Source: Porphyridium purpureum (taxonomy: Eukaryota). From it: a DNA stretch of 64,000 nt. The stretch is from NCBI GenBank assembly GCA_008690995.1, contig VRMN01000001.1:2542001-2606000 (forward strand), written 5' to 3'. Shown piece after piece: positions 39,111 to 49,097 of the stretch. A model generated the notes under the pieces. The model worked only from the letters and a program-made list of their open reading frames with translations. It did no database searches and was not told the origin of the DNA. Positions within the stretch are counted from its first letter, which is position 1; every line of letters begins with the position of its first letter. The position numbers and the translations under genes were made by a program.

Positions 39111-40016
39111 TTATTTCAGGGTCAAAGTTTCGTCACGCGGGCCCAGGCGGAGCGTCTCGCCCTCAAACTTCTCGACCCTAGTTTCCAAAAAGCGCGCGAG
39201 CTTGTGGAAGTCTGATCCGGGCTCAATGAAGCGTACGTCTGAACGCATGGTGTCCTTGTTGATGATATGTTCGAATGGTACATAATCGAGAGCGAGCTGC
39301 CCACTCGTGCTGACCATGTGGGCGTCCAGTCCATGCTCCACCAACGCCTTGTATCCGCCGACACCAAGCTGACTGCCCAACATGACGTCGAATGCGTGCG
39401 GTGCGGCACAGCGCGCTTCGTAGCCAAGCTGGACTCCTGTCACTTTCTTTGGACGCCCAACCTTCTTCTCAAAGCCAGCTGCTACACGCTCCGCAACGAG
39501 CTTCCCAAGATCGATCTTCCCGAGCGACACGTGGCCGTGCTCGTCAAGTGCCGAGTCTTTGAAAGTGCTCGGAGGCAGGCACTCCGCCAGCCCCTCAGCC
39601 AAGACGACAGTTCCATAGTGCTTCTCGTACTTCTTCTCGCGAGTGATCATGAGATCCACAATGTAACCGCTGAGCTTGTCAAGATCCAGGTCACCACCTG
39701 TAGTAAGGTTTGCTTGTCTGGCGTCCTCCACGGAAATCACTGCATTCGCCTCGCCGGCAATAGCTGTTCCGTACGCCAGCCAGCCAGCCTTCCTGCCCAT
39801 CGTCTCGATGATGTAGTACGAGCTGGTCGCAAGCGCGTCCGCCCTCAGGTTCAACGTAATCTTGGCAAAGATGTCGACAGCCGTGAAGTAACCAAATGTA
39901 AAGGGTACAATCGGGATATCGTTGTCAATGGTCTTGGGCAAGTGAATGACCCTGATGATGGGGTGGCCCTCTGGGAGCGTTTTTTGGTACTGCACGATAA
40001 GATTAGCAGTCCTCAA

Positions 40017-40054
<38 letters not shown>

Positions 40055-40911
40055 GAAGATCGACCAGCGCAGAGTACACATTCTGTAGCTTTTTGGTCTT
40101 TTCGGCGCCGAGCAGATCCTCGTGCGTCTTAATTGTCTTACCCGGGTTCGCACGAGCTGTGCCGATGATGATCCCCTGCGAGTTCCTGAGTCCTCGTAAA
40201 TCGCGCTCCGTAAACACGCGATAGTGCGTGTCTGGCAACAAGCGGTGGGAAACAGGGTGGTACTCCTGCAGATTCGAGTATCCGTGGAAGAATCCGACAC
40301 ACTCGTGGCCATTCTGAAGGAACGCCGCGGCGCACGCCCCGATCACCGAGTTCGCCGCAGGCGCCGGTCCTCCTACGAGAATCGACCAGCGAATTGCGTG
40401 AAACATTTGGAGTCAACAGGTCCATGAGAAGTCGGCAAGAGCAGCACCAAGATAGAAATAAAAGAAAGGCCGGTGAAAGGAGGGCATTTTCGACGAAAGG
40501 AAAGAACCAAAAAGAGACAGTAGTGCAGAGAAAGAAGACCGTGTCAATATCCCAGTTCGAAAATTAGATCAAGCCGAGAACTCGCGTCAAGAAAGTGCCG
40601 CCACCAAGCCAGACGGCAAGAGCCGATGCAGACACTAAAAAACCACGTGCCTGCCCTCCTTTTTGAAGAACGCTTCAGGGCCTCGAATAGCGGCTGGCTC
40701 GCTGCCCCACTGGTTTGCCAAACTCCAGACCAGGGCCAGATCCAAACCCAGAGCCTGGCCCCATTCAAGGTCCAGACCTAGATCTCAGCACGGACATGGT
40801 CACGGACAAGAGACGCAAACAGCCAGATGGCCGCACTCGCGATCTGGCGCGCAGGAGCGCAGAACAAGCTCGAACGATGGACGTACCTGCAAAAATGATC
40901 CCAACACGCAT
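39111..40911 (-). CDS. 6-phosphofructokinase with a PPi-type signature; two exons, complement(join(39111..40372,40887..40911))
   Basis: Exon 1 ATG CGT GTT GGG ATC ATT TTT GCA G, a GTACGT...TCGTAG intron, then exon 2, giving MRVGIIFAGGPAPAAN. Motifs GTAR, IGGDDT, PKTIDND, MGR and QLGYEAR. Confidence 0.9.
40373..40886 (-). other. Spliceosomal intron (514 bp) in the PFK gene
   Basis: GTACGT donor, TTGAC branch-like site and TAG acceptor. Splicing restores the canonical PFK N-terminus in frame. Confidence 0.85.
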
Positions 40912-41175
40912 CTTCCTTCCGTTCGTTCGATCAACCACTTCCCCGTGTCGCCGCGCGCTCTCTTGCGTCCGTGCACACCACGCGTCCACGCACCCGCTCT
41001 GTCGCCGCCCGTCCCGACACCACGCCTGCACTACGTCGCTCTACTGCACGATCACACGTCCACACGCCACAACACCACCAGCTCCGAAAATCCAGGCCGC
41101 CATCGGCGAAAGATCCGTTGCTAGAAATCCGCGCGATTCGGATTCGCGGCGGTCCGCGGTTTATCGGTTTATTGG

Positions 41176-43425
41176 TTACGGGTCGCGCGCGTTGTCGCGA
41201 GGTGAGTAGGAGAGCCTGTGAGGCTGAGGATCGGCGTTTGCACGGCGCTGCTTGAGCTTCTCGTTGCCGCGGCGGTACTGCGTGCATGTCGCGCGTTCGG
41301 GGCACGTAGAGGTGCAATGACAGCACACCCAGAGCGGCTCGGCTTGCGCAGAGCCCGGCGCCGACGGTGCGCCATTGGTGATTTCAGATGAAGACAGAGC
41401 GCGCGCTGCAGATGGCGCCGCTTGAGGTCTCGCGGACCGTTGGGCATGACGTCCTGACCTTGCGCTGGGAGCTCTGCCTTCATCTTCATGCGCCGGAGAA
41501 TCTGAATCACCCCTAGTGTCTCCCGCGCCTTCAGGTTCCGATGCTGTTGCGGTTCGACCAGCCGCCGTCGGCTCCGCATTCTGAGCATCGGACGGTGTAT
41601 CTCCTGGCCAGATTTGTCCCAGAAGCGGAAAACAAAGCTTGCAAACCACCTTTCGACATTTTCGCGTAAGAATATTCCCGCAAATCATCTGCTCCACACG
41701 TGCGACCCGGCGCATACACACGTGACAAAACGCGGACGGCGAAGGTACGCTTTTGCCGTCGGGTAGCTCGGTACTCAGCAAGTGAGCATTCGCATACATA
41801 CTGCTTTTCGATGCACGATCCTCTGACGGAAGTGGGTGCGTTGCGCTTTCCAGGTTCGCTGTCGTCGGTTCTTTACACAGGTCCGACGGCGGACGTATCG
41901 CCATTGCCCGAACATGATCTGAGCTTGCTCCTGGCGAGGAAAAGTCCAGAGATGAAACTGGCTTCATGGTTGATATTATCGGTGAGATTTTCGGCTGTTC
42001 GTCTTGCTCCTTCTTCACCCACGCGTACATAGACATCAGGCACCATCCGTCCTTTTCGCATACTACACCCGCAGCTGGCACATGGGAGGCCAATTCTAGT
42101 CGTTGGAGCTCGGCCGCGGATGTCTCATACGTCGCAGCTATCCCTGGCACACGACTGCCCAGTCTCGGCTTCTTGGACGGCTGTTCCTGTTCGTGACCAC
42201 ATTTTTGATCAGCACGCACGTCACCTGCACAAGTTGACACTTGTGGTTGTGACGTAAGGCATGCTTGTAATGCAGCAGGCAGCACATTTGTAGCCAAAGT
42301 AGGCACACCGGCACACGCTGCCGGCGGCGGAATAGTCTTTCCTGAAGAAGATTTGAATGGTTCGGATTCCGCGAATCCAAAAGCTCCCACTGTCTCCGTT
42401 CCTTGGCCATCCCGAAACGCAGATCCTAATGTCGAAGGGGGCATAGCGTTCACGTTCGCATTTATCCGTTCCAAGGGAACTGCGCCAGGCGGGGAAAGCG
42501 ACCGCGGAAGCAAGGCGCTATTTGGCTGCCCCATAGTATTTCCGAGCGATTCAAGCGGGACGTGCACTGCGCTCTCAAAAGCCGTCCATGAGCGAGAGAG
42601 CGAAGGTTCCTCGAGGATAGGGGTTCGTTGCATGCCTGCACCACCATCTATGTGAAACAAAAACGGCGTCCACGCTCGAAAGCTCTCGGGCTGTCCGGTA
42701 CCACTTCCTCCAATGCCGTTAATGATACCGGCATTATTGTGGCTGCTGCTGTGCGAGCGAGAGCGCAACCATGCTTGCTCCACGGGCGAAGAGGCGTCGC
42801 GTGAGGTGGGGCGCCCTTTTGTCTCTGGATCCCATCTCTGATACTGAAAGAGAGGCCTGGGATCCGCGGCTTCGCCGAGCTGCGAGCAAAGCGCAATTCG
42901 CACAGGTTTGGGCGCGAAAGGACCCGATCGTGTGAGCTGCTGCTGCTGCTGTTGTTGCTGTTCCGGTGGTACTGGTGCTGGTGCTGGTGCTGGTGCTGGT
43001 GCTGCCACCAGTAGTAATGATTGCTGTTGGTGTTTCTCTTGACTTTGCCGCATCTGCAGCTGTTCACTGAGGAGAACTTGCCCCGCATAAGCACTGACGT
43101 CCCTTCTACTTCCCGTCAGCATGTTCTGGACGGTCGAAGCAGATCCGTGCTGCGTCACGGTGCCAGGCGCCGATACATTCTGTCTCGCGAGCGGCGCTGG
43201 CGCTGGCTGTCCAATTTGCTCTCTGCCACCTCCAGCTTGTTGCGCAACCAGAGGCGAAGGAGACAGCTGGCGTGCGACCGCGAGCTCGTCCTGTGTGAAC
43301 GACGCCAACACGTCATATCCAGCGCCGGGCGTCACCATGAATGGCGTCCACGCGCGCGACTCCATGGCCACCATTGTATCATCCATGGCAGTCGCGCCCG
43401 CCGACGCCCGCGGCAGCCGCTCCAT
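41176..43425 (-). CDS. Low-complexity protein with a C-terminal Cys-rich zinc-finger module
   Basis: PSAFCHVC..ICGN...CRKVVCKLCF, an insert, then WVCCHCTSTCPERATC..Y. Q/P/A-rich N-terminal region. Confidence 0.8.
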   Translation of the reverse strand: MERLPRASAGATAMDDTMVAMESRAWTPFMVTPGAGYDVLASFTQDELAVARQLSPSPLVAQQAGGGREQIGQPAPAPLARQNVSAPGTVTQHGSASTVQNMLTGSRRDVSAYAGQVLLSEQLQMRQSQEKHQQQSLLLVAAPAPAPAPAPVPPEQQQQQQQQLTRSGPFAPKPVRIALCSQLGEAADPRPLFQYQRWDPETKGRPTSRDASSPVEQAWLRSRSHSSSHNNAGIINGIGGSGTGQPESFRAWTPFLFHIDGGAGMQRTPILEEPSLSRSWTAFESAVHVPLESLGNTMGQPNSALLPRSLSPPGAVPLERINANVNAMPPSTLGSAFRDGQGTETVGAFGFAESEPFKSSSGKTIPPPAACAGVPTLATNVLPAALQACLTSQPQVSTCAGDVRADQKCGHEQEQPSKKPRLGSRVPGIAATYETSAAELQRLELASHVPAAGVVCEKDGWCLMSMYAWVKKEQDEQPKISPIISTMKPVSSLDFSSPGASSDHVRAMAIRPPSDLCKEPTTANLESATHPLPSEDRASKSSMYANAHLLSTELPDGKSVPSPSAFCHVCMRRVARVEQMICGNILTRKCRKVVCKLCFPLLGQIWPGDTPSDAQNAEPTAAGRTATASEPEGAGDTRGDSDSPAHEDEGRAPSARSGRHAQRSARPQAAPSAARALSSSEITNGAPSAPGSAQAEPLWVCCHCTSTCPERATCTQYRRGNEKLKQRRANADPQPHRLSYSPRDNARDP
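42936..43005. repeat. Coding microsatellites (CTG)n and (TGGTGC)n, encoding poly-Gln and Ala-Pro repeats
   Basis: Seen directly in the sequence, inside CDS 41176-43425. Confidence 0.85.
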
Positions 43426-43883
43426 GCCAGACTACCAGTGGCACTCTGTCCTTTCACGCCACCGACTCAGGCGTGAACATCCAAACCGCACGCACGCTCA
43501 TTTCACCTTGGCGATGCGCGCACGGATGCTTACAGCGAAAGGCGAATGGCGTGGGTACACTAAGTACAGTGTGGACTGTGAGTACTGTGAGTACGGTGAT
43601 GAACCGATGAATCAAATAAGTGGATGGACGGTGTGTGGCAGAATCGGTGTCTTGTGTGATGGCGTTTACGCGGTGTGGCGCAGACTCGCTGTTGGTAGCT
43701 GCACATGATTTGGAGGGATCTGTCTAGGTGAAAGGGGCTGGAGTTCTGATGTGTGCGTGTGTGCGCGGCGCAGTAGACACCGACGCGACGATGTGTGTGG
43801 CGTGCGCGATGCCGCCGACGACCTGCACCTCCGCCGCGCACTGCAGGTCTTCTGCGCAGCGCGTAGAGAACGACGACGTGTCG

Positions 43884-45269
43884 ATGGTGACCGCGGCGTC
43901 GCGGCCACTGGCCGCGCGCTCCAGGCAGCGATGCAGCGGCGACGACGCCGACGACGCGGTAGCATGCTCGGCGAGGAAGGTGAGGAGAAGAGAGAAATGG
44001 AGCCGATTGGCTACAGCGCTCGCAGGCGCGCTGGTTTTCGTGCTCGGGATGCTTGCGCAGAGCTTTCTTGCCAGCCACCCAGTCCAGCTCGGCGGCTTGG
44101 CCGCTCGGATCCAGCTCGCTGTCAAGACACAAGGCCTGAGTAGCCTGCGTCGGAAAATTGTCATTATCGAGAGCCTTGGTGGCTCGGACAAGACGCTAGA
44201 CGGCTGGCGCCGTGATACTTGGCCGCTGGTACACGAAATTCGCCGGCTCGGTTGGGACGCACAGGTTGTGAAATTCTACGATGGCCGAGAGGCCGAACTG
44301 TTTGCGTCCATTTCAAGCACGGCGGATGCATACATCTCACGCGTGGACCCCGGCGAGTGGATAAACTTCTCGCTGGACCGGTACCTTGCGTTCCTACAGA
44401 AGCTGCTGGATGCAAACATTGCTGGCTTTCCCACACCGCGCGAGATGCACGAGTTTGGCAGTAAGCGTACTTTGCTGCAGCTGGATAAGCTTCCCTTCAG
44501 CGCAGGCGATACGGTGCTCTATACAAACGCTGCGCAGCTGCGCTCCGAATTTCCGCGCTCGCTGTTGACAGGCAAGCGTGTGCTCAAGCGGTCGGGCGGT
44601 GCCATGGGACACGGAATTTGGCTCGTCGAGCTCGCGGAGCAGTGCTTTAATGACACGACGCACGATGTGGTCGTCGATGGCTCTTCGATGCTGCGCGCCC
44701 GTGAGGCGTCTCGCAACCGCTCGCTCAGGGTACCGCTGCGGGATTTTCTGGCCATGTGCGAAAGTAAGTACCTCGCGGAGCCTTCCGACTACATGATTGA
44801 CATGCGATTTCTGCCGCGCATCGCCGAAGGTGAGGTGCGCATAATTTTCATCGGTTCGCGACCTGTGCGCGTGATCCACCGAATTCCGTGCCGAAACTGC
44901 TTCTCGGCGGGGCTGGACTCGGGGGCAACGCACAAGGTGTACGGAGCCTTTGACGGGCCGTTCCAATCGGTCGTGCGGCTGGTGGAGAGCCACGTGCGGG
45001 AAATCCAGCGCGTGCTGAAAATGGACGCGCTCCCGCTGCTCTGGACCGCCGACTTCATTCTGGACGACGCGAGCCGCGTCGGGATGACGCTGAGCGAGAT
45101 CAACAGCAACTGCATTGGCTTTGCCGCCCACCCCGACTTTGCGCGGCTTCTTGCGAGAGAGGCAGTGGAGCGCATTGTGGACAAGCGCCGCGCCGAGGCG
45201 AGCGCGGGCGGGCGGGCGGACCTGCGCGGTATCGTTGCGGTTGCACCAAGTGGCATGTCCGATCTGTAA
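43884..45269 (+). CDS. Cj0069-family-like ATP-grasp protein with an N-terminal membrane anchor (start uncertain, 43749-43884)
   Basis: KIVIIESLGGSDKTLDGWRRDTWP, AYISRVDPG, FGSK, RVLKRSGGAMGHGIW, DMRFLPRIAEGEVR, PLLWTADFILD and SEINSNCIGF; TM segment LAGALVFVLGML. Confidence 0.82.
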   Translation: MVTAASRPLAARSRQRCSGDDADDAVACSARKVRRREKWSRLATALAGALVFVLGMLAQSFLASHPVQLGGLAARIQLAVKTQGLSSLRRKIVIIESLGGSDKTLDGWRRDTWPLVHEIRRLGWDAQVVKFYDGREAELFASISSTADAYISRVDPGEWINFSLDRYLAFLQKLLDANIAGFPTPREMHEFGSKRTLLQLDKLPFSAGDTVLYTNAAQLRSEFPRSLLTGKRVLKRSGGAMGHGIWLVELAEQCFNDTTHDVVVDGSSMLRAREASRNRSLRVPLRDFLAMCESKYLAEPSDYMIDMRFLPRIAEGEVRIIFIGSRPVRVIHRIPCRNCFSAGLDSGATHKVYGAFDGPFQSVVRLVESHVREIQRVLKMDALPLLWTADFILDDASRVGMTLSEINSNCIGFAAHPDFARLLAREAVERIVDKRRAEASAGGRADLRGIVAVAPSGMSDL

Positions 45270-46028
45270 GCCGTTTCCCGTGCTATTAAACCGTCCTATG
45301 TGGAAAGCCCACGTTTTGTATGCTGATCGAGCGTCGACCGCGCTTCGCTATGCGTGCGCGTACACCCATCGCGCTCTCGGAGCCACCAAAACGCAAGCAC
45401 GTGCTCGGTTACTAAGAAAAAACAGCTGTTGTTCTCATCCGCGTCTAGCGAGCGCGTAAGGTTTTCGAATGATGAGGATCAGACCGTTTTTTTCCACGCT
45501 GTGGGACGGGGTTAGGTGCCTGTTTTGCTTTGTGGCTTTTTCTCTCACTACAACGTTTATCTGCAGTCGAATCCTTGGTGAATCCTGGTGAGTCGTGGTG
45601 GTGTCCAATCGTATAGCAAAAAAATACCCACAAACATGGCGCGGTGTTGTCAGTCTCTCTCATTTTGTGAACTCAAGTCGCAAGCCACGACGTGGTTATT
45701 GCTGACGTGTGTGTGTGTGTGAGCGGCGTGCGTCGCTGTGGGAGGGTGGGACTCCATAAACCATAGCTGAGTGCGTGGAAGTCCCATAGCAAAATAGGCT
45801 CGCACAACCAGCGATCGCAATGCTGGTTTTGCCAAGAAGTCACATAGAAAATACACGGCGAACACCGAAAAGTAACAGATCTCGCACATACACACAGAGG
45901 CGTGCAAGGTAGGCTCATCCAATCGTGGTATAAAAGCCGCAAAGATGTTGATCCGCACGCGAGAAGGTATGTTCTGACACAAACGCAAACAACTGATTCA
46001 AACCAAACGTGACACAGTTTCAGCACGG

Positions 46029-46910
46029 ATGTCTTCCTTAACTCTGCACCGTCGTGTACCTCGTGCTGTGGCTGCCATGGAAAGAAGGCCACCGGGTCCG
46101 CCCGGTCGTATGCCGCCTTTCGGCGACGCGCCCAAACGGTCCGAAAGCCGACAGGTCGAAAGCGCACAGTCGAGTCGGTTTCTAGAAGCCCCTGCCCAAG
46201 ATGTCGCGCCGTGGCAAAACATGCCGATGTCAGTGCAGATGCCCAAACGCGTCCGCGGACATGAATTGAACGCTGGCGCCGAACTGGGGCTCGCGTCTAG
46301 CGGGCGTAGGATGCATGACCAAAGGCATCAAGGAGACTTCGATCGTCGCGTTCAGAAAACCCAACGCTTGACGGCAGAGTCCGCCCCTGCAAGCGTACCC
46401 GCTCGCGAGGTGGTGGTCGACAAAATGTCCCTGGACTATATTTTGAACCCGAGTCCAGGCTCCTTCGACTCTTCGGCGCCCGGTAGCTCCTCCAGTCTGC
46501 CGAATCGATCAGAAATCGGGCGCCGCATGTGGACAACGGAAGAGGACGATATCCTGCGAACGGCGGTGTCACTCCACGGCGCGCAAAACTGGGAGGCACT
46601 CGCGCAGGAGTACCTGCCATCGCGTTCAGCTAGACAGCTGCGAGCTCGGTGGGCGTACTACTTGGGCCGCACGGAGACACGACCAACCGAGTTCACCGAG
46701 GAGCAGGACACTCTTATTCTGAGTCTTGCAGACGAAGCGATTCAAAACAGGCGACCGATCAAATGGGGAGCGATGGTGCACCGCGTCGGCGGCGGATTCA
46801 ATGGCCAGGAACTCAAGTTCCGGCACAGAAAGCTAGTCCGGCGGCTAAAGAGAGACTCGCTGTCGCCATCATCATCGCCAGCCGCGCCGCCAGCCGCGCC
46901 GCCTCAATGA
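46029..46910 (+). CDS. Two-repeat Myb-like transcription factor
   Basis: RRMWTTEEDDIL..HGAQNW..RSARQLRARW..EFTEEQDTLIL..W. Paralog of 4006-4797. Confidence 0.88.
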   Translation: MSSLTLHRRVPRAVAAMERRPPGPPGRMPPFGDAPKRSESRQVESAQSSRFLEAPAQDVAPWQNMPMSVQMPKRVRGHELNAGAELGLASSGRRMHDQRHQGDFDRRVQKTQRLTAESAPASVPAREVVVDKMSLDYILNPSPGSFDSSAPGSSSSLPNRSEIGRRMWTTEEDDILRTAVSLHGAQNWEALAQEYLPSRSARQLRARWAYYLGRTETRPTEFTEEQDTLILSLADEAIQNRRPIKWGAMVHRVGGGFNGQELKFRHRKLVRRLKRDSLSPSSSPAAPPAAPPQ

Positions 46911-47276
46911 TAGGATAACCCCCTCTGTCTCTGAATCTGATTTGTGACCTGCGACATGTGACGGAAGAATCTCTAGCATGTCAAGCCTTCCATCTTCATC
47001 CAAGCATCCCAGCATCTAAACATCTAAACATCGATCCATACAAAGGTTTACTGTACATTCAAACTGTACCTAATCCACACAGCGCGCAGCTTGAAGACAA
47101 AGACGCCGCGCGCGCTTCCTAAGAGGAAGACCCCGTTCTACTATGACTTTACGTTCTACAGCTTCCGATCAACCACCGATCGTGGCAGTGCGGAGCGGGC
47201 GACGTTTGGCGCTCGCTGTGGCTTGGGTTGAGGGGAAGGGGGGCGAAGTGTGGGTTGCCGGTGTGTGTGGTATAGG

Positions 47277-48884
47277 ATGGCTGCGCAGCTGTTGAATCCG
47301 GGAGCGGAAGTGAGCCGCCGCGGGCTCGCACTGTACACGACGATCTCGGCGGCTAAAGGGTTGCAGGAGGTGCTGCGCTCGAACCTCGGGCCCAAGGGCA
47401 CCATGAAGATGCTGGTGAGCGGCGCTGGCGATATCAAGCTCACCAAGGACGGCAACGTGCTCTTGAATGAAATGCAGATCAAGAACCCGACCGCGTCGCT
47501 GATCGCAAGGACCGCCACGGCTCAGGATGACATGGTCGGGGACGGCACGACCAGCACCGTCTTGCTCATTGGAGAGCTCCTGAAGCAGTCCGAGCGGTAC
47601 TTGGTGGAAGGGCTGCACCCGCGAGTCCTAGCAGACGGCTTTGATATTGCCCGAGAGGTGCTGAACGGCTGGATCGACTCGCAAAAAGTGTCGAAAAAGG
47701 TCGACCGGGAGCTGCTGGTCGCCGTGTCGCGCGTGGCACTGCAGACAAAGCTCGTAGAACATCTTGCCAACCAGCTTGCGGAAATGGTCGCGGACGCCGT
47801 GCTGCTGGTCAAAGGGGAGAACAGCAGCGCGGCCATTGATCTGCATATGGTGGAGATCATGACCATGGAGCACCAGACCGACGGCGACTCGAGACTGGTG
47901 CGGGGATTGGTCCTGGACCACGGCGGTCGGCATCCAGACATGCCGAAGCAGCTTAAGAATTGCTACATCCTGACTTGCAATGTTTCGCTGGAGCACGAGA
48001 AGAGCGATGTCAATTCGGGCTTCTTTTATCGCGACGCGGAGCAACGCGAACGAATGGTAGCAGCGGAGCGCGAGGTCGTGAACGAGAAAGTACGCAAAAT
48101 CATCGCGCTTAAGAAAAAAGTGTGCGACGGCACGGACAAACATTTCGTCGTAGTCAACCAGAAAGGTATTGATCCGCAGTCGCTGGACATGCTTGCGCGC
48201 GAGGGGATTCTGGGGCTGCGGCGCGCGAAGAGAAGGAACATGGAGCGCCTTGCACTTGCATGCGGTGGTAATGCAGTCAATAGTGTGGAAGAACTGACAG
48301 AATCAGACCTCGGATATGCCGGCAACGTGTTCGAGCAGACTCTTGGCGAAGACAAGTTCACATTCATTGAGGACGTGGAGAACCCGTATTCGTGTACACT
48401 GCTGCTAAAAGGCCCGAACAAGCACACCATTATGCAGCTGAAGGATGCCGTGCGGGACGGCCTGCGCGCGGTGAAATTAACAATTGAAGATAATTGTGTG
48501 CTTCCCGGCGGCGGCTGTTTTGAAGTGGCAGCGTCACGCCATTTGCGCGCTCTGGCGGACGGGGGCAATATCCCCGGTAAAACCAAACTGGGCATTTATG
48601 CGTTCGCAGATGCCCTGTTGATCATTCCCAAGACATTGGCCGAGAACGCCGGCCACGACGCCCAGGACTGTGTGATGCGACTGCAGGACGAGCAAGCAGC
48701 AGGTAAGATGGTCGGGCTGGACGTGAACACTGGCGAGCCCATGGATCCCGTTGCCACCGGGGTGTTCGACGGCTACCTAGTGAAGAAGCAAATGCTGAGT
48801 CTTTCATCCATCATCGCCGAACAGTTGCTGTTGGTGGATGAAATCTTGCGCGCGGGTCGCGACGTATCGTCTGGAAAGAAGTGA
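47277..48884 (+). CDS. CCT6: T-complex protein 1 zeta subunit
   Basis: [52 protein letters not shown] and [11 protein letters not shown]. Confidence 0.97.
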   Translation: MAAQLLNPGAEVSRRGLALYTTISAAKGLQEVLRSNLGPKGTMKMLVSGAGDIKLTKDGNVLLNEMQIKNPTASLIARTATAQDDMVGDGTTSTVLLIGELLKQSERYLVEGLHPRVLADGFDIAREVLNGWIDSQKVSKKVDRELLVAVSRVALQTKLVEHLANQLAEMVADAVLLVKGENSSAAIDLHMVEIMTMEHQTDGDSRLVRGLVLDHGGRHPDMPKQLKNCYILTCNVSLEHEKSDVNSGFFYRDAEQRERMVAAEREVVNEKVRKIIALKKKVCDGTDKHFVVVNQKGIDPQSLDMLAREGILGLRRAKRRNMERLALACGGNAVNSVEELTESDLGYAGNVFEQTLGEDKFTFIEDVENPYSCTLLLKGPNKHTIMQLKDAVRDGLRAVKLTIEDNCVLPGGGCFEVAASRHLRALADGGNIPGKTKLGIYAFADALLIIPKTLAENAGHDAQDCVMRLQDEQAAGKMVGLDVNTGEPMDPVATGVFDGYLVKKQMLSLSSIIAEQLLLVDEILRAGRDVSSGKK

Positions 48885-49097
48885 GGAGCCGTATCTTTGC
48901 CCTTAGCGTAGCTCTTGCTCCGTCTCGTTTCCAGTAAACCACGCAACCGCCTCGAATTCTGACGGTTTTCCACGAGAGCAGCGTTGAGCGCACCTCGCTC
49001 GCCGTTTAGTACAGTTGTAGAAGTGGCAGGAATGGAAAGAGGCACGTCAGCGCAGGGCTTCTCTCGTGCACGCGCGCAGAGGTGATACATCGACACA

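Noticed and set aside
39267..40088. 273-aa plus-strand ORF
   Set aside because: Antisense shadow of PFK.
40373..40406. ORF-track PFK start MFHAIRWSILV
   Set aside because: Lies inside the predicted intron; the spliced N-terminus fits the family better.
44394..45131. 245-aa minus-strand ORF
   Set aside because: Antisense shadow of the ATP-grasp gene.
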